Source: an uncultured bacterium (GTDB taxonomy: Bacteria > Fidelibacterota > UBA2242). Taken from it: DNA of 57,888 nucleotides. Numbering within the stretch: position 1 is the stretch's first letter; every line of letters begins with the position of its first letter. The translations under genes and the position numbers were made by a program. The DNA lies in assembly GCA_964485745.1 (NCBI GenBank), contig CAZAKO010000002.1:1-57888 (forward strand), written 5' to 3'. The notes beneath the pieces are model-generated. The model saw only the letters and a program-made list of their open reading frames with translations, made no database searches and had not been told where the DNA came from. Positions 38,621 to 47,917 of the stretch are shown in pieces.

Positions 38621-41044
38621 CTACCAGAATACAATTTTCTTTTCTGCGCCATCGTAATTTACAACCTTCTCGATTCGATCTGTCGCATCAACTCCTATTC
38701 CATGATTGAGCGATACGATAACTACCTGAAAGGTTCTCTTTTTCAGCATTCCGGGAAAAGAGCCTTTTCGTTTGCCGATAGTCAATTCTTTTTTATCATT
38801 ATTCCACTGAAACGTGATGGTGGAATAAACTCCTTTTTCGTAATTGTAATTATCGCATTCATCTTCATACAATACAAACTCGCCGTCAGCGCCAGGATAG
38901 ACGCGGATTTCAAGTGCATCCCATTTTTTCTCTGTGGCATACTGCACATTGGGGCCGATGGGAAGAATGGAACCTGCTTTGACATAAAGTGGCATAATAT
39001 CAATCGGCATCGCTTTAGTAACCGTTTGTCCGCCGCTCCGTTTTTCGCCTGTCCAGAAATCGATCCAGTCGGTTCCTTTGGGCAGGTAGACATCGGTATC
39101 TTTGATTTGACCGAAATCTTCAACGCGGGTCGTATCATGGCCCTGAACCTGTATTTTTGAATACATCGGCGTGGTGACAGGGCAAACCAGCAACGACTTG
39201 CCGAACATATATTCATTGTTTACATCCAAAGCGTCTTTATCACCCGCAAAATCCATTACCAGGGCGCGCATCATCGTAGACTGGTTGGCCGTTATATCCC
39301 ATGCGGTGGAATAAATATAAGGCAACAAGCGGTAGCGCAGGTTGATAAATTTTTCAATGGCATCATAAATTATGTCGCCTTTCTTGCCAAATTGATAAAT
39401 TTCACGCGGGGCATCGGTTCCGTGGGAGCGCATCATCGGGCAGAAAACACCGAACTGAATCCAGCGGGCATAGAGTTCGCGGTAATCCGCATCCTCAAGT
39501 TTTTTGGGATATTCCCAGAGGAAAAAACCGCCGATGTCACTGTTCCAGTAAGGAATGCCGCAAAGGGAAAAATTGAGGCCGGCGGAAATCTGGTTTCTGA
39601 GCGTATTCCAGGAGGAGACGATATCGCCCGACCAGGTATTGGCGCCATAACGCTGCTGCCCGGCAAATGCCGAACGGGTCAGAATAAACACCCGTTTGTC
39701 CGATGTTATCGCACGTTGATGATCTGACAACCCTCCGACGGTCATTAATGGAAAGGCGTTGCGGACTTTACGGAAAGAGCCCAAATAGGTTTGGTGATCG
39801 AAATCTTCAGGTTTGGGATTGAAATGATCCGGTTCCGAGGAATCCATCCACCAGCCATCCATGCCGAGCGAGAAAATCCCTTTTTCGAGATATTTCCAGT
39901 AAATATCACGCGCTTCGGGATTGTAGGGATCGTAAACCCGCACACCCGACGGGTAATCCATTCTTGGTGGCCATTTTTCGGAACCGGATTGCGGCCATGT
40001 TTGAATATCCATCAATGCGCCGATTTTTTCCAGTTCTTTATAGGGCTTGGTTTGGGGACCAAAAGAATTCCAGATGGAAATGATCATGTGCACATTTAAG
40101 TTGTGAACGTCATCCAGCATTTTTTGGGGATTGTAAAATTCTACATTGAGGAAGTCCATAGCATTCCACAAATAATTGTTGCCCCAGTACTGCCAGTCTT
40201 GAATGATGCCATCAAGCGGCACGCCCAGTTCACGGTATTTTTTAACGACACCAACTGTTTCATCCTGACTTTTATACCGTTCCTTGCTTTGCCAGTAACC
40301 ATAAGTCCATAAAGGAAACAATGGCACCCGGCCGGTGAGATTGCGCATTTGAGCAATTACACTATCGGCATTGCCGCCGAACATGAAATAATAGTCGATA
40401 CAGTCGCCCACATCCGATGTGAACGAGGTGCTTTCTGGGTTATCCTCAAAAACCGTTGGTGAATAATTATCCCAGAAGAATCCGTACCCTTTGACCGATT
40501 GGAAAAAGGGAATAAAATCTTCCGTGTTGTTTTGCACCATGTATACTTTTTGATTGCGCTGCACCATTTTGCCATTCTGCAAAATGCCCAGTCCGTAAAT
40601 GGCTTCATTCTGCTCTAAAACATAAGACTGGGAGACCGCGTAGGTTTCAATCCCGGCATCATCAAAATCGGTAAATGCAGCACCATTCACTTTTTCATTT
40701 AATAAAGGACTACCCTCAAGCGTTGCAAAAGAGACTTGGCCGTTTTTCAGATTCAGGCTTACCATCATGCTTTTACTTTTCAAGAAAAGCTCATCCCCCT
40801 TTTGTTCGATGCTGAAGTCTGTTTGTTGAGGAACCTCGATCACCGAAAGACTTTTCTTTTCAAAAGCCTGGCCTGCGGGCGATTTCAAAACCCGAACGGT
40901 TGAGGGATTATAAAACTGAATTTCAACCTCGATTGCGTTGATAGTGGATTTTATTCCCAATTCGGTTTTTTGATAGACCTGTGCACTGGCAGTCATAACC
41001 AGAAGACAACCCAAAAAGGCAATTGGGAAAAATATTTTTTCCAT
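38621..41044 (-). CDS. GH31 alpha-xylosidase/alpha-glucosidase
   Basis: 'YGLGILQNG', 'GYWQSKERYKSQDE', 'GVPLDGIIQDWQYW', 'DGWWMDSSEPD' (nucleophile Asp region) and 'RSAFAGQQRYGANTWSGDIVSSW' (acid/base region). Alpha-xylosidase is suggested only by the xyloglucan-type neighbours. Confidence 0.8.
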   Translation of the reverse strand: MEKIFFPIAFLGCLLVMTASAQVYQKTELGIKSTINAIEVEIQFYNPSTVRVLKSPAGQAFEKKSLSVIEVPQQTDFSIEQKGDELFLKSKSMMVSLNLKNGQVSFATLEGSPLLNEKVNGAAFTDFDDAGIETYAVSQSYVLEQNEAIYGLGILQNGKMVQRNQKVYMVQNNTEDFIPFFQSVKGYGFFWDNYSPTVFEDNPESTSFTSDVGDCIDYYFMFGGNADSVIAQMRNLTGRVPLFPLWTYGYWQSKERYKSQDETVGVVKKYRELGVPLDGIIQDWQYWGNNYLWNAMDFLNVEFYNPQKMLDDVHNLNVHMIISIWNSFGPQTKPYKELEKIGALMDIQTWPQSGSEKWPPRMDYPSGVRVYDPYNPEARDIYWKYLEKGIFSLGMDGWWMDSSEPDHFNPKPEDFDHQTYLGSFRKVRNAFPLMTVGGLSDHQRAITSDKRVFILTRSAFAGQQRYGANTWSGDIVSSWNTLRNQISAGLNFSLCGIPYWNSDIGGFFLWEYPKKLEDADYRELYARWIQFGVFCPMMRSHGTDAPREIYQFGKKGDIIYDAIEKFINLRYRLLPYIYSTAWDITANQSTMMRALVMDFAGDKDALDVNNEYMFGKSLLVCPVTTPMYSKIQVQGHDTTRVEDFGQIKDTDVYLPKGTDWIDFWTGEKRSGGQTVTKAMPIDIMPLYVKAGSILPIGPNVQYATEKKWDALEIRVYPGADGEFVLYEDECDNYNYEKGVYSTITFQWNNDKKELTIGKRKGSFPGMLKKRTFQVVIVSLNHGIGVDATDRIEKVVNYDGAEKKIVFW

Positions 41045-41068
41045 ATTTTTACTCCCGTATTGAACTGT

Positions 41069-42628
41069 TTACTTTGCCCATGCGTCACCTTCGGAAGTTC
41101 GTCTCCACTTAAAATAACCATCCAATACTTTGAGCGATTCGAGACTCGGCACGGGGCCAACATGAGGTGTTTGCTGAAAATACATGACCTCGGGAGTTTC
41201 ATCGCTAAAGGTCGGCCATTCCGGCACGCCTTTGCCGTTGGGATTACCATATTTAGCAAAATTAGTCCAGTACGTGCCCATGGCTTCCGAGATGACCAGA
41301 TCGGATTCTGTTGTTTCCGGGTTGGAAGTATCGAGCATTTGAAAAACATAGCCCACATCCTGTCCGTGGGGTGAGCCATAGCCGTAGTGGGGAGAGTCCT
41401 CAGGATAATCTGGGTGCTGATCGAAATAGTACAGATAAGGATCTGATTGTCCCATCTTTGCCTGCAATCGCGCCCAGCTCCATGTGTGCCAGCCGAATGC
41501 CGCGTCACGAGCCAGGTCGCGCGCAGTTTTCGGAACCGAGTTCTCTCCAACGGGATAAGCCTTGAGCAGGTCGTCGGCAAATTGGCCGTAACGTTCCTTA
41601 ACGCTTGCAATATATTCTTTTGGGTCATTCGTTCGAGTAAAACTGGCGCCTTCATCCGAATTGTAACCCACAAGGATGGGCGTGTCATTGAACTGACCCG
41701 CTTCGTAGAGTTTGTATTGATCGTCGGGAATTACCCATCCGTCGATAATCGGCCAAGCCATGCCTTTGCCAAAACCGCCCATTGGCAGACTATCGGCAGG
41801 AATATTTCGTAACTCTGCAAGGGATAAGGCACCCGTACTCTGAGCATATGCTTCTCCATCACCTTCGGCAACATCGAGACGCTTCATGTTTTCGCCGGGA
41901 TAGGTGGTGGGCCGAGGAGGTCCGAACGAGCCGCCGCTTTGTGAAATGGCGCCGTCAAAAAGCCCCTTAGCCAGAGGCGATGCGCACAGCATGCTGACTG
42001 CGATTCCTCCGGCCGATTCTCCAAAAATCGTTACTTTATTGGGATTGCCTCCGAATGCAGCGATATTTTTCTGCACCCATTTCAGACCTGCGATCATATC
42101 CAGCAGGCCGTAATTTCCAGAAACATGATTCGGACTCTCGGCACTCAGCTCTGCATGCGCTAAAAATCCGAGATGTCCAACGCGGTAGGCGATACTGACC
42201 AGGACAACACCCTTTTTGGCAAGATGTTCACCGTTGTAGTAGGAGGTTGCTCCGCCATTGAATCCGCCGCCATAAATCCAGACCAGAACGGGAATCTTGT
42301 CGTTTGTGTATTTTGCCGGAGTCCAGACATTCAGATAGAGACAATCTTCACTCTGTTTTGCCCGATCTCCCCACCCCTGAATCGGGTCGGGACCAAATTG
42401 AGTGGCTTGAAGCACAGTATCCCATTTTGCAACCGGCTGAGGCGTTTTCCAGCGCAGGTCACCAATCGGTGGTGCGGCGAATGGAATGCCTTTGAAAACC
42501 GTGAGTCCGTCTTCAACTATTCCCTGAACCATTCCACCCTCGACCTTAACGAGGGTAGACTGAGGTGTTTTGCCGCATCCTGTGAGCAGCAGGGCGATCA
42601 TCGCAAAGCATGTGAATGTTTTTTTCAT
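41069..42628 (-). CDS. Type-B carboxylesterase (PnbA-like, CE10-like), predicted lipoprotein
   Basis: 'GIPFAAPPIGDLRWKTPQP', 'EDCLYLNVWTP' and 'IFGESAGG' (catalytic Ser). ATG 42628 gives MKKTFTCFAMIALLLTGC (lipobox LTGC). The track start 42667 adds 13 aa. Confidence 0.8.
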   Translation of the reverse strand: MKKTFTCFAMIALLLTGCGKTPQSTLVKVEGGMVQGIVEDGLTVFKGIPFAAPPIGDLRWKTPQPVAKWDTVLQATQFGPDPIQGWGDRAKQSEDCLYLNVWTPAKYTNDKIPVLVWIYGGGFNGGATSYYNGEHLAKKGVVLVSIAYRVGHLGFLAHAELSAESPNHVSGNYGLLDMIAGLKWVQKNIAAFGGNPNKVTIFGESAGGIAVSMLCASPLAKGLFDGAISQSGGSFGPPRPTTYPGENMKRLDVAEGDGEAYAQSTGALSLAELRNIPADSLPMGGFGKGMAWPIIDGWVIPDDQYKLYEAGQFNDTPILVGYNSDEGASFTRTNDPKEYIASVKERYGQFADDLLKAYPVGENSVPKTARDLARDAAFGWHTWSWARLQAKMGQSDPYLYYFDQHPDYPEDSPHYGYGSPHGQDVGYVFQMLDTSNPETTESDLVISEAMGTYWTNFAKYGNPNGKGVPEWPTFSDETPEVMYFQQTPHVGPVPSLESLKVLDGYFKWRRTSEGDAWAK

Positions 42629-42663
42629 GAGAGGTTCCTTTCGCAAACAGTAACTTTCACAAC

Positions 42664-44367
42664 TCAAAATCCCAATTGGTCTTTTAGAAATTGCATTTGC
42701 ACTTCAAACGCTTTGTCATTCAGGTGACCCAATTCGGGATAGATTTTAAAATGTTTTGGCACCGAAATTTGGTTATAAGCGGCAAAACCGAGGTGCGGGG
42801 GAATATCGTCATCGAATAAGGACGTGACAAAAAAAGTCGGGCATTTGATCTGTTCCGCAAATCCCTTTGTATCGATCAGATCCCATACATTGAGCGCGTC
42901 TTCGAGGGTGCACTCATTGTTATAGAATTCCAGAAAGTTTATGAATTCTCTTTTGCACAATTCACGGATTTTCAGGTGATCGCGCGGATCACAGGGACCG
43001 GGATCGAAGTATGAACAGGCCTTAATGTGATCGCTGCACAATCCGGCAGTTGCCAGCGTGAGTCCGCCGCCCTGACTGCCGCCCATCACACCGATTCTGG
43101 AGCCATCGACTTCGGGACGGCTCAGCAAAAATTCCACCGCCCGGACGCAATCCATATAAATGGCCCGGTAGGCGATCTCGGTTTCGCTGCAAAGTTTGTA
43201 TCCCCAAACTCCGGGAACACCAAACCCGGGATTGAACACATCGGCGCTAATCCCGTGACCACGGACGCACAAAGCCAGTTCGATCACATCGTCGCGGTTT
43301 TCCAGAAAAGCCCTGCGATCCTGATAGCCTTGTCCGTAACCCGGCACGTGCAGAACAGCGGCATGTCGTCCCGGTGTTTTCGGAACGAAATAGTATCCGC
43401 GAATTATCAGTCCGCCAAACGATCTCATTTCCGCAATGTAACCGTCACGGCTGTCCGAGCACAAATTGTTCGTTTTGATCAGCTTGAATTCTGGTTGCAC
43501 TTGACCTAACTCGGCCAATGTTTCATCCCAATAGGCTTTAAACCGGGGAACCGTGTTGTTCCCGCATTCAATTTTTTCGGGCGACAGCGCAAACCAGGCA
43601 ACATCCGAAGAATACCCGCCGTCGTTCATGATCACGATGCACTCATAAAATCCCGGTTCGGTGATCACATCCCCAAAATCGAATTGAATCTGCCCTTTTC
43701 CTTTTTTAACCTGATATTCGTTTTGAACAAATGACTGATGAAAATCATTGCCAATTGACAGCGTGATGCTACCTTTTTGTTCGGCATTGTATCGGATCGT
43801 GAACGAATTCGCATGTTCGGCCAAATAAAGATGATCTTGAGCCGGGATAACAATTTCGACTTCCGATTTTGATGTGGTCCTGGTTGGGGTGATGCTGCAA
43901 ACATTGTAACTGATTCCACCCGTGTAGGAAAGATTCGAGACAAAGACTGCAATTCGATTTTGTTTCCCAACCAACAGGCAGTCATCAGGAAGAGTAAATT
44001 CGGTCTTGGCTCCCCGGTTGGACCAAAATTGATTGGGCAACTTCCCACCGATCCATTTCCCGTTGACATAGATACTTTTGACATCACATTGCAAACTCAT
44101 CGTAAGGGTGAATTGTGAGCCGGCGAATCCAGCCGGTACAGAAAAATCATTGACGATACAGCCATTCCCATCAAGCCAGAAATAATCCTGCCGTTCCCAG
44201 GATAAGAGCAGATTGACATCCTTCCAATTGGCCGGGTCGATCTGGTTCAGGTTCGTTTCGGATGTATCCGCGAAACTGATTTTCCAAATTGGCGACAATA
44301 AATTTTGCGCAACCAGACCCGTCGATAAAAATATCGAAAGGGTGACCCATAGAAAACTCTTTTTCAT
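42664..44367 (-). CDS. CE7-like acetyl(xylan) esterase (AXE1 family) with ~300-aa N-terminal beta-sandwich extension
   Basis: 'AVLHVPGYGQGY', 'IGVMGGSQGGGLTLA' (the CE7 GxSQGG motif) and 'YPELGHL' (His). The N-terminal part resembles a galactose-binding-like fold ('WKDVNLLLSWERQDYFW...SIYVNGKWIGG'). ATG 44367 gives the signal peptide MKKSFLWVTLSIFLSTGLVAQ. The alternative ATG 44415 would overlap the upstream stop as ATGA. Confidence 0.75.
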   Translation of the reverse strand: MKKSFLWVTLSIFLSTGLVAQNLLSPIWKISFADTSETNLNQIDPANWKDVNLLLSWERQDYFWLDGNGCIVNDFSVPAGFAGSQFTLTMSLQCDVKSIYVNGKWIGGKLPNQFWSNRGAKTEFTLPDDCLLVGKQNRIAVFVSNLSYTGGISYNVCSITPTRTTSKSEVEIVIPAQDHLYLAEHANSFTIRYNAEQKGSITLSIGNDFHQSFVQNEYQVKKGKGQIQFDFGDVITEPGFYECIVIMNDGGYSSDVAWFALSPEKIECGNNTVPRFKAYWDETLAELGQVQPEFKLIKTNNLCSDSRDGYIAEMRSFGGLIIRGYYFVPKTPGRHAAVLHVPGYGQGYQDRRAFLENRDDVIELALCVRGHGISADVFNPGFGVPGVWGYKLCSETEIAYRAIYMDCVRAVEFLLSRPEVDGSRIGVMGGSQGGGLTLATAGLCSDHIKACSYFDPGPCDPRDHLKIRELCKREFINFLEFYNNECTLEDALNVWDLIDTKGFAEQIKCPTFFVTSLFDDDIPPHLGFAAYNQISVPKHFKIYPELGHLNDKAFEVQMQFLKDQLGF

Positions 44368-44411
44368 ACATAAAGGCCTCGCCTGATTCCAAAGAGATAA
44401 CATTTGCATGA

Positions 44412-45545
44412 TCATGGATTATACCTCGACCCGAGAATCAATTTATCGCCGGAATCATCAACCTCATAAAGTTGCGGTTTGCGAGGACCTCTCTCCTCAG
44501 CATGATGGATGATGAATAACCGTTTTCCTTCAAAGGTTGTAAACAACATGCCATGCCCGGAATTGTCTCCCTTGAAAGCTTCCGGTTCCTGAACCCAGGG
44601 GCCTTTGATGCTTCCTGATTCGGAATAAGCGATACCCTGCGCATACCGGTGTTCGCCCCAGCTCGACCAGAGCATCCCGAGCTTGCCCGTCTGTGTGCGG
44701 AACAATTGCGGGCCATCGGTTACCCAGCCGGGCATCTTCATGCCAAAGGTGGCTTCGCCAATGCTGTTCATCTCTTTGGACCATACCGCTTCACTGGCAC
44801 GGAAAATCGTGGTTGGCTCGGCAGTACGATGGGTTAGATCCTTGGAAAGCGGCATGTACGCCATGGTACCGTCAATGAGCTGCGTCCACTCGTGAACGAA
44901 AACCATGTAGGTTATATCATGCTCTTGATAGATGGTTCCATCGATAATATCCCAGTCTCCGGGACCGAGATAAAAATCATACTCCTGCACCAACGGTTTG
45001 TAAAGTCCTTCAGGAGAATCGGATACCAACAGCATGGTTTGGTTCAAAGGCACGTTATACCGGCGCGGGACCGCTTCAATCAATGTAGTGTGATCGCTCC
45101 ATGTACCGGCCAAATAATATTTATCCCCAAATTGGTGTATTTCGGCGGCAGCAACCCAAAGGCTGTCCATCCAGGTGCCTGTGAGATCGATAATCTTGTA
45201 AGGGCCCGTCCACATTTTCAGATCTTTGCTTTTGTATAATCGACCGCCTGTGCCTGTCAGATAATACGTCCTGGTTTCTTGATCAGGAAAAACGAAGGGA
45301 TCGCTCATGGATATTTCATCCAAGGAAACCGTTTTTATTTCCGGTTCCGGGCGTGCTGGCCATGGCAATCGTTTTGTTTTTGTGGTGCCGACATTACGTA
45401 TCCTTCCGAAAGTATTCTGTCCCGGATCGGCAAGAGACGCCTGTTCTCCCGGAACAAGTTGTTTTTTTTCTTGTGCCTGAGCGGTGTTGGTTTGTACCAC
45501 ATTAAAAACAAGCAGGATTGCAGTAAAAAAAGTGATTTTCTTCAT
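44412..45545 (-). CDS. GH43 arabinofuranosidase/arabinanase-type glycosidase
   Basis: 'SMSDPFVFPDQETRTYYLTGTG', 'WVAAAEIHQFGDKYYL' and 'GHGMLFTTFEGKRLFIIHH'. ATG 45545 gives the signal peptide MKKITFFTAILLVFNVVQTNTAQA. The 78-aa extension in the track overlaps the upstream gene and has no signal peptide. Confidence 0.8.
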   Translation of the reverse strand: MKKITFFTAILLVFNVVQTNTAQAQEKKQLVPGEQASLADPGQNTFGRIRNVGTTKTKRLPWPARPEPEIKTVSLDEISMSDPFVFPDQETRTYYLTGTGGRLYKSKDLKMWTGPYKIIDLTGTWMDSLWVAAAEIHQFGDKYYLAGTWSDHTTLIEAVPRRYNVPLNQTMLLVSDSPEGLYKPLVQEYDFYLGPGDWDIIDGTIYQEHDITYMVFVHEWTQLIDGTMAYMPLSKDLTHRTAEPTTIFRASEAVWSKEMNSIGEATFGMKMPGWVTDGPQLFRTQTGKLGMLWSSWGEHRYAQGIAYSESGSIKGPWVQEPEAFKGDNSGHGMLFTTFEGKRLFIIHHAEERGPRKPQLYEVDDSGDKLILGSRYNP

Positions 45546-45612
45546 AAGAATGATCTCTTTTGTCAAATGTGAATTCTTCTGAGTGCCGAGATTTATGCTT
45601 TGCTGTCCATTT

Positions 45613-47904
45613 TTAATTGCCCTTGGACAATTGTTGAAACAGAGCAGGATCGAACTCCTCCAGACCGGTGATGCTAACCAGGTGGTTGACCGAAACCCAC
45701 GGCAGCCAGAACCGGTGCCCTCCGACACCGCGACCGGATCGGCCCGGTCCCATGCGCCAGCCTTCCTGTTGCCATCCAACCCCTCTCATATCATACTGGC
45801 GACCTGGAAGAGCAACCATGGATTTGGTGGCATGCAACAGAACCCGCGCGACATCGAGATAATGCGAATCATTTGTGTATTTGTATAGTTTCGCGTAAGC
45901 GGGTGCGGACCAGTCCAGATATTCATCCACGCCGCCGACTCCGCGGGCCGTGATTCCCTGAACACCGATGGTCGGCACGCCTTTCTTCCAGTGGAGATGT
46001 GCATCGTCTGCGTCAACCGGCATGGGCAGATTCCAGATCCACATCCAGGTCTCGGTATAGTCCGCTGCGACTTGCGCGCGTTCCAGCCATTTGGATTCCC
46101 GGGTCGATTCATACAGACTCAGGAACGCTTCCAGACTCAACATTCCGGCTTCTTTATCGGTGATATTGGGATTGTCGCTGGCACCGCCGACATAGAATCC
46201 CCGCTTCCCAAAGTTATCCCAAACATATTCCGCAGCATGGATGGCAGACTGTTTATACTTCGAATCACCGGTTTCTTCAGTCATCAGAATGAGCAGCGGC
46301 ACGGGACAGTAACTCACCGTTCCCGTCGTTTCTACGACAACACTACTTCCGGATTCCCACCGCCGAGGAAAGGAACCATCCTCACGTTGCTGCAGGATCA
46401 GCCAGTCCACGTAATTCTTGACCCAGCTATACCATTCGGGATGTTCCCGTCCCAGAGCATGCTCGCGCCGGTATGCCCGCATCAGCACGCGCATGTCTTC
46501 CGTGGCGTTACGCAACCAGGGAGCGAGCCACTCCTGCCGGTCACCCGTCCAGGGTTTTCCAGTAGCCAGATCGTACCCGGTCGCCTGAAGCGGCACGGCG
46601 GGAAGCGCCTGAATCATTGATGAGATGATGGATAATCCGATGGCACGCATTTTTTGTCCACGTTCGCTCGGGTCGTGATCTCCTTCTCGCAATAGCTGAT
46701 CCGCACACTCGATGTTCTTGCTCACGAAACCCATCGCGGCCATCGTCCAATTCCATTGAGGCGCGTTCGTATCAAATGTGGCGACCGCAAACGGAATGGC
46801 GGTGCGGCCATCAATAGTGGCGGCCTGAGCGGCGAGGTGATCGAGCAGAATACGGCGCATCTGCTCGACGTCAATGGGAGCGACGGCGGGCTTCAACGTG
46901 CCCCAAGCCCAGCGCCACACGTTTCGCGTCATATTGCGGAACGATTCGTCGCGTCCAAATCGAAAATTCACTTCGTAACTGTGAGCGACTCCCTGCACAA
47001 TCGGATGAAAGCGGCGAATCCATCGAGACTCCGTCGGTGTATTCGGGCCGAACGCGTACATGGTCATTGTGCCGGGAAACTGGAAACCAAACTCGATTGG
47101 ATGTCCGTCCTCCTGCCATGCCCCTAAAGCGCCGAATTGAAACCGTGCATCGGTCATCACCTCTTGCGAAAGCTTGGTTTCCTCAACAGTCGATTCGCCT
47201 CGTGGCAAAGGATCCAGCATTGTTACCGAGGAACCGTTGTTGAAAGAGAGTGCGAATAGGGGGGCCGGGAGCATATCTTCACGGAGAAGGAAATGTCGAG
47301 CCGCATAATTCAGTGTGCCACCGGGAGAACGGTCGCCATTATAGGTGGGATCCCCGTACAATGCACCCGGAGCCAGGCAATTCACATCAGACCAGCAGAC
47401 GGAAGGGTCAATCTCAAACACGATAGATGAATTGAAACCGCCCGGAGCATTGCCCGTCACTTCCACTTTCCGGTGCACCGAAAGCACAGCGCCTGTCAAA
47501 CTCCATGTGTCATGTACATGAAAAACGACATTTTCGCCATACGCGATTTCGGCGCGGGCGTTGATTCCTGAAGCCGATTTCTGGACTGTTGTGTATCCGG
47601 CTGCAAATTCGCGAAGGGCATCGTCTTTTTGCATGACCTCAATCTGCACAGGTTTCAGTTGTGTCAGGCTCGGTGTGGCGCCGCCGGAGATTTCGATGCC
47701 CCATTCGTTTCCTGCCGTGCGGATAAATGTGATCGTCGCCCCGGTCTGCAAACGTCCAAGGTTCACTCGATCGCCTTGCTGTGCAAACACGGCCGAACTC
47801 AGCAAACATAATCGAAGAATTAGATATTGGCTAAACGCCTTTTTACTTTTTTGATATAAAAACTCACTCAAAGTTTTTCCGTGATTTCCGATTTTTATAT
47901 CCAT
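45613..47904 (-). CDS. Secreted protein of unknown function (beta-rich N-terminal half plus helical-repeat, (alpha/alpha)6-like C-terminal half)
   Basis: Long intact ORF. Hydrophobic signal 'LILRLCLLSSAVFAQ'. I recognise no family motif. The track start 47910 is TTG; the first ATG is 47904, 13 nt after the GH3 stop. Confidence 0.7.
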   Translation of the reverse strand: MDIKIGNHGKTLSEFLYQKSKKAFSQYLILRLCLLSSAVFAQQGDRVNLGRLQTGATITFIRTAGNEWGIEISGGATPSLTQLKPVQIEVMQKDDALREFAAGYTTVQKSASGINARAEIAYGENVVFHVHDTWSLTGAVLSVHRKVEVTGNAPGGFNSSIVFEIDPSVCWSDVNCLAPGALYGDPTYNGDRSPGGTLNYAARHFLLREDMLPAPLFALSFNNGSSVTMLDPLPRGESTVEETKLSQEVMTDARFQFGALGAWQEDGHPIEFGFQFPGTMTMYAFGPNTPTESRWIRRFHPIVQGVAHSYEVNFRFGRDESFRNMTRNVWRWAWGTLKPAVAPIDVEQMRRILLDHLAAQAATIDGRTAIPFAVATFDTNAPQWNWTMAAMGFVSKNIECADQLLREGDHDPSERGQKMRAIGLSIISSMIQALPAVPLQATGYDLATGKPWTGDRQEWLAPWLRNATEDMRVLMRAYRREHALGREHPEWYSWVKNYVDWLILQQREDGSFPRRWESGSSVVVETTGTVSYCPVPLLILMTEETGDSKYKQSAIHAAEYVWDNFGKRGFYVGGASDNPNITDKEAGMLSLEAFLSLYESTRESKWLERAQVAADYTETWMWIWNLPMPVDADDAHLHWKKGVPTIGVQGITARGVGGVDEYLDWSAPAYAKLYKYTNDSHYLDVARVLLHATKSMVALPGRQYDMRGVGWQQEGWRMGPGRSGRGVGGHRFWLPWVSVNHLVSITGLEEFDPALFQQLSKGN

Positions 47905-47917
47905 GCGCAAACGCGGT

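Noticed and set aside
40993-41688. 231-aa minus-strand ORF overlapping the carboxylesterase gene and the GH31 start.
   Set aside because: It is out of frame with the strongly supported type-B carboxylesterase (41069-42628), has no motifs and spans an intergenic junction.
45546-45779. 78-aa N-terminal extension of the GH43 ORF (track start 45779), which overlaps the end of the 763-aa gene.
   Set aside because: The extension has no signal peptide and overlaps the upstream gene by 167 nt. The internal ATG at 45545 gives a textbook signal peptide (MKKITFFTAILLVFNVV...).
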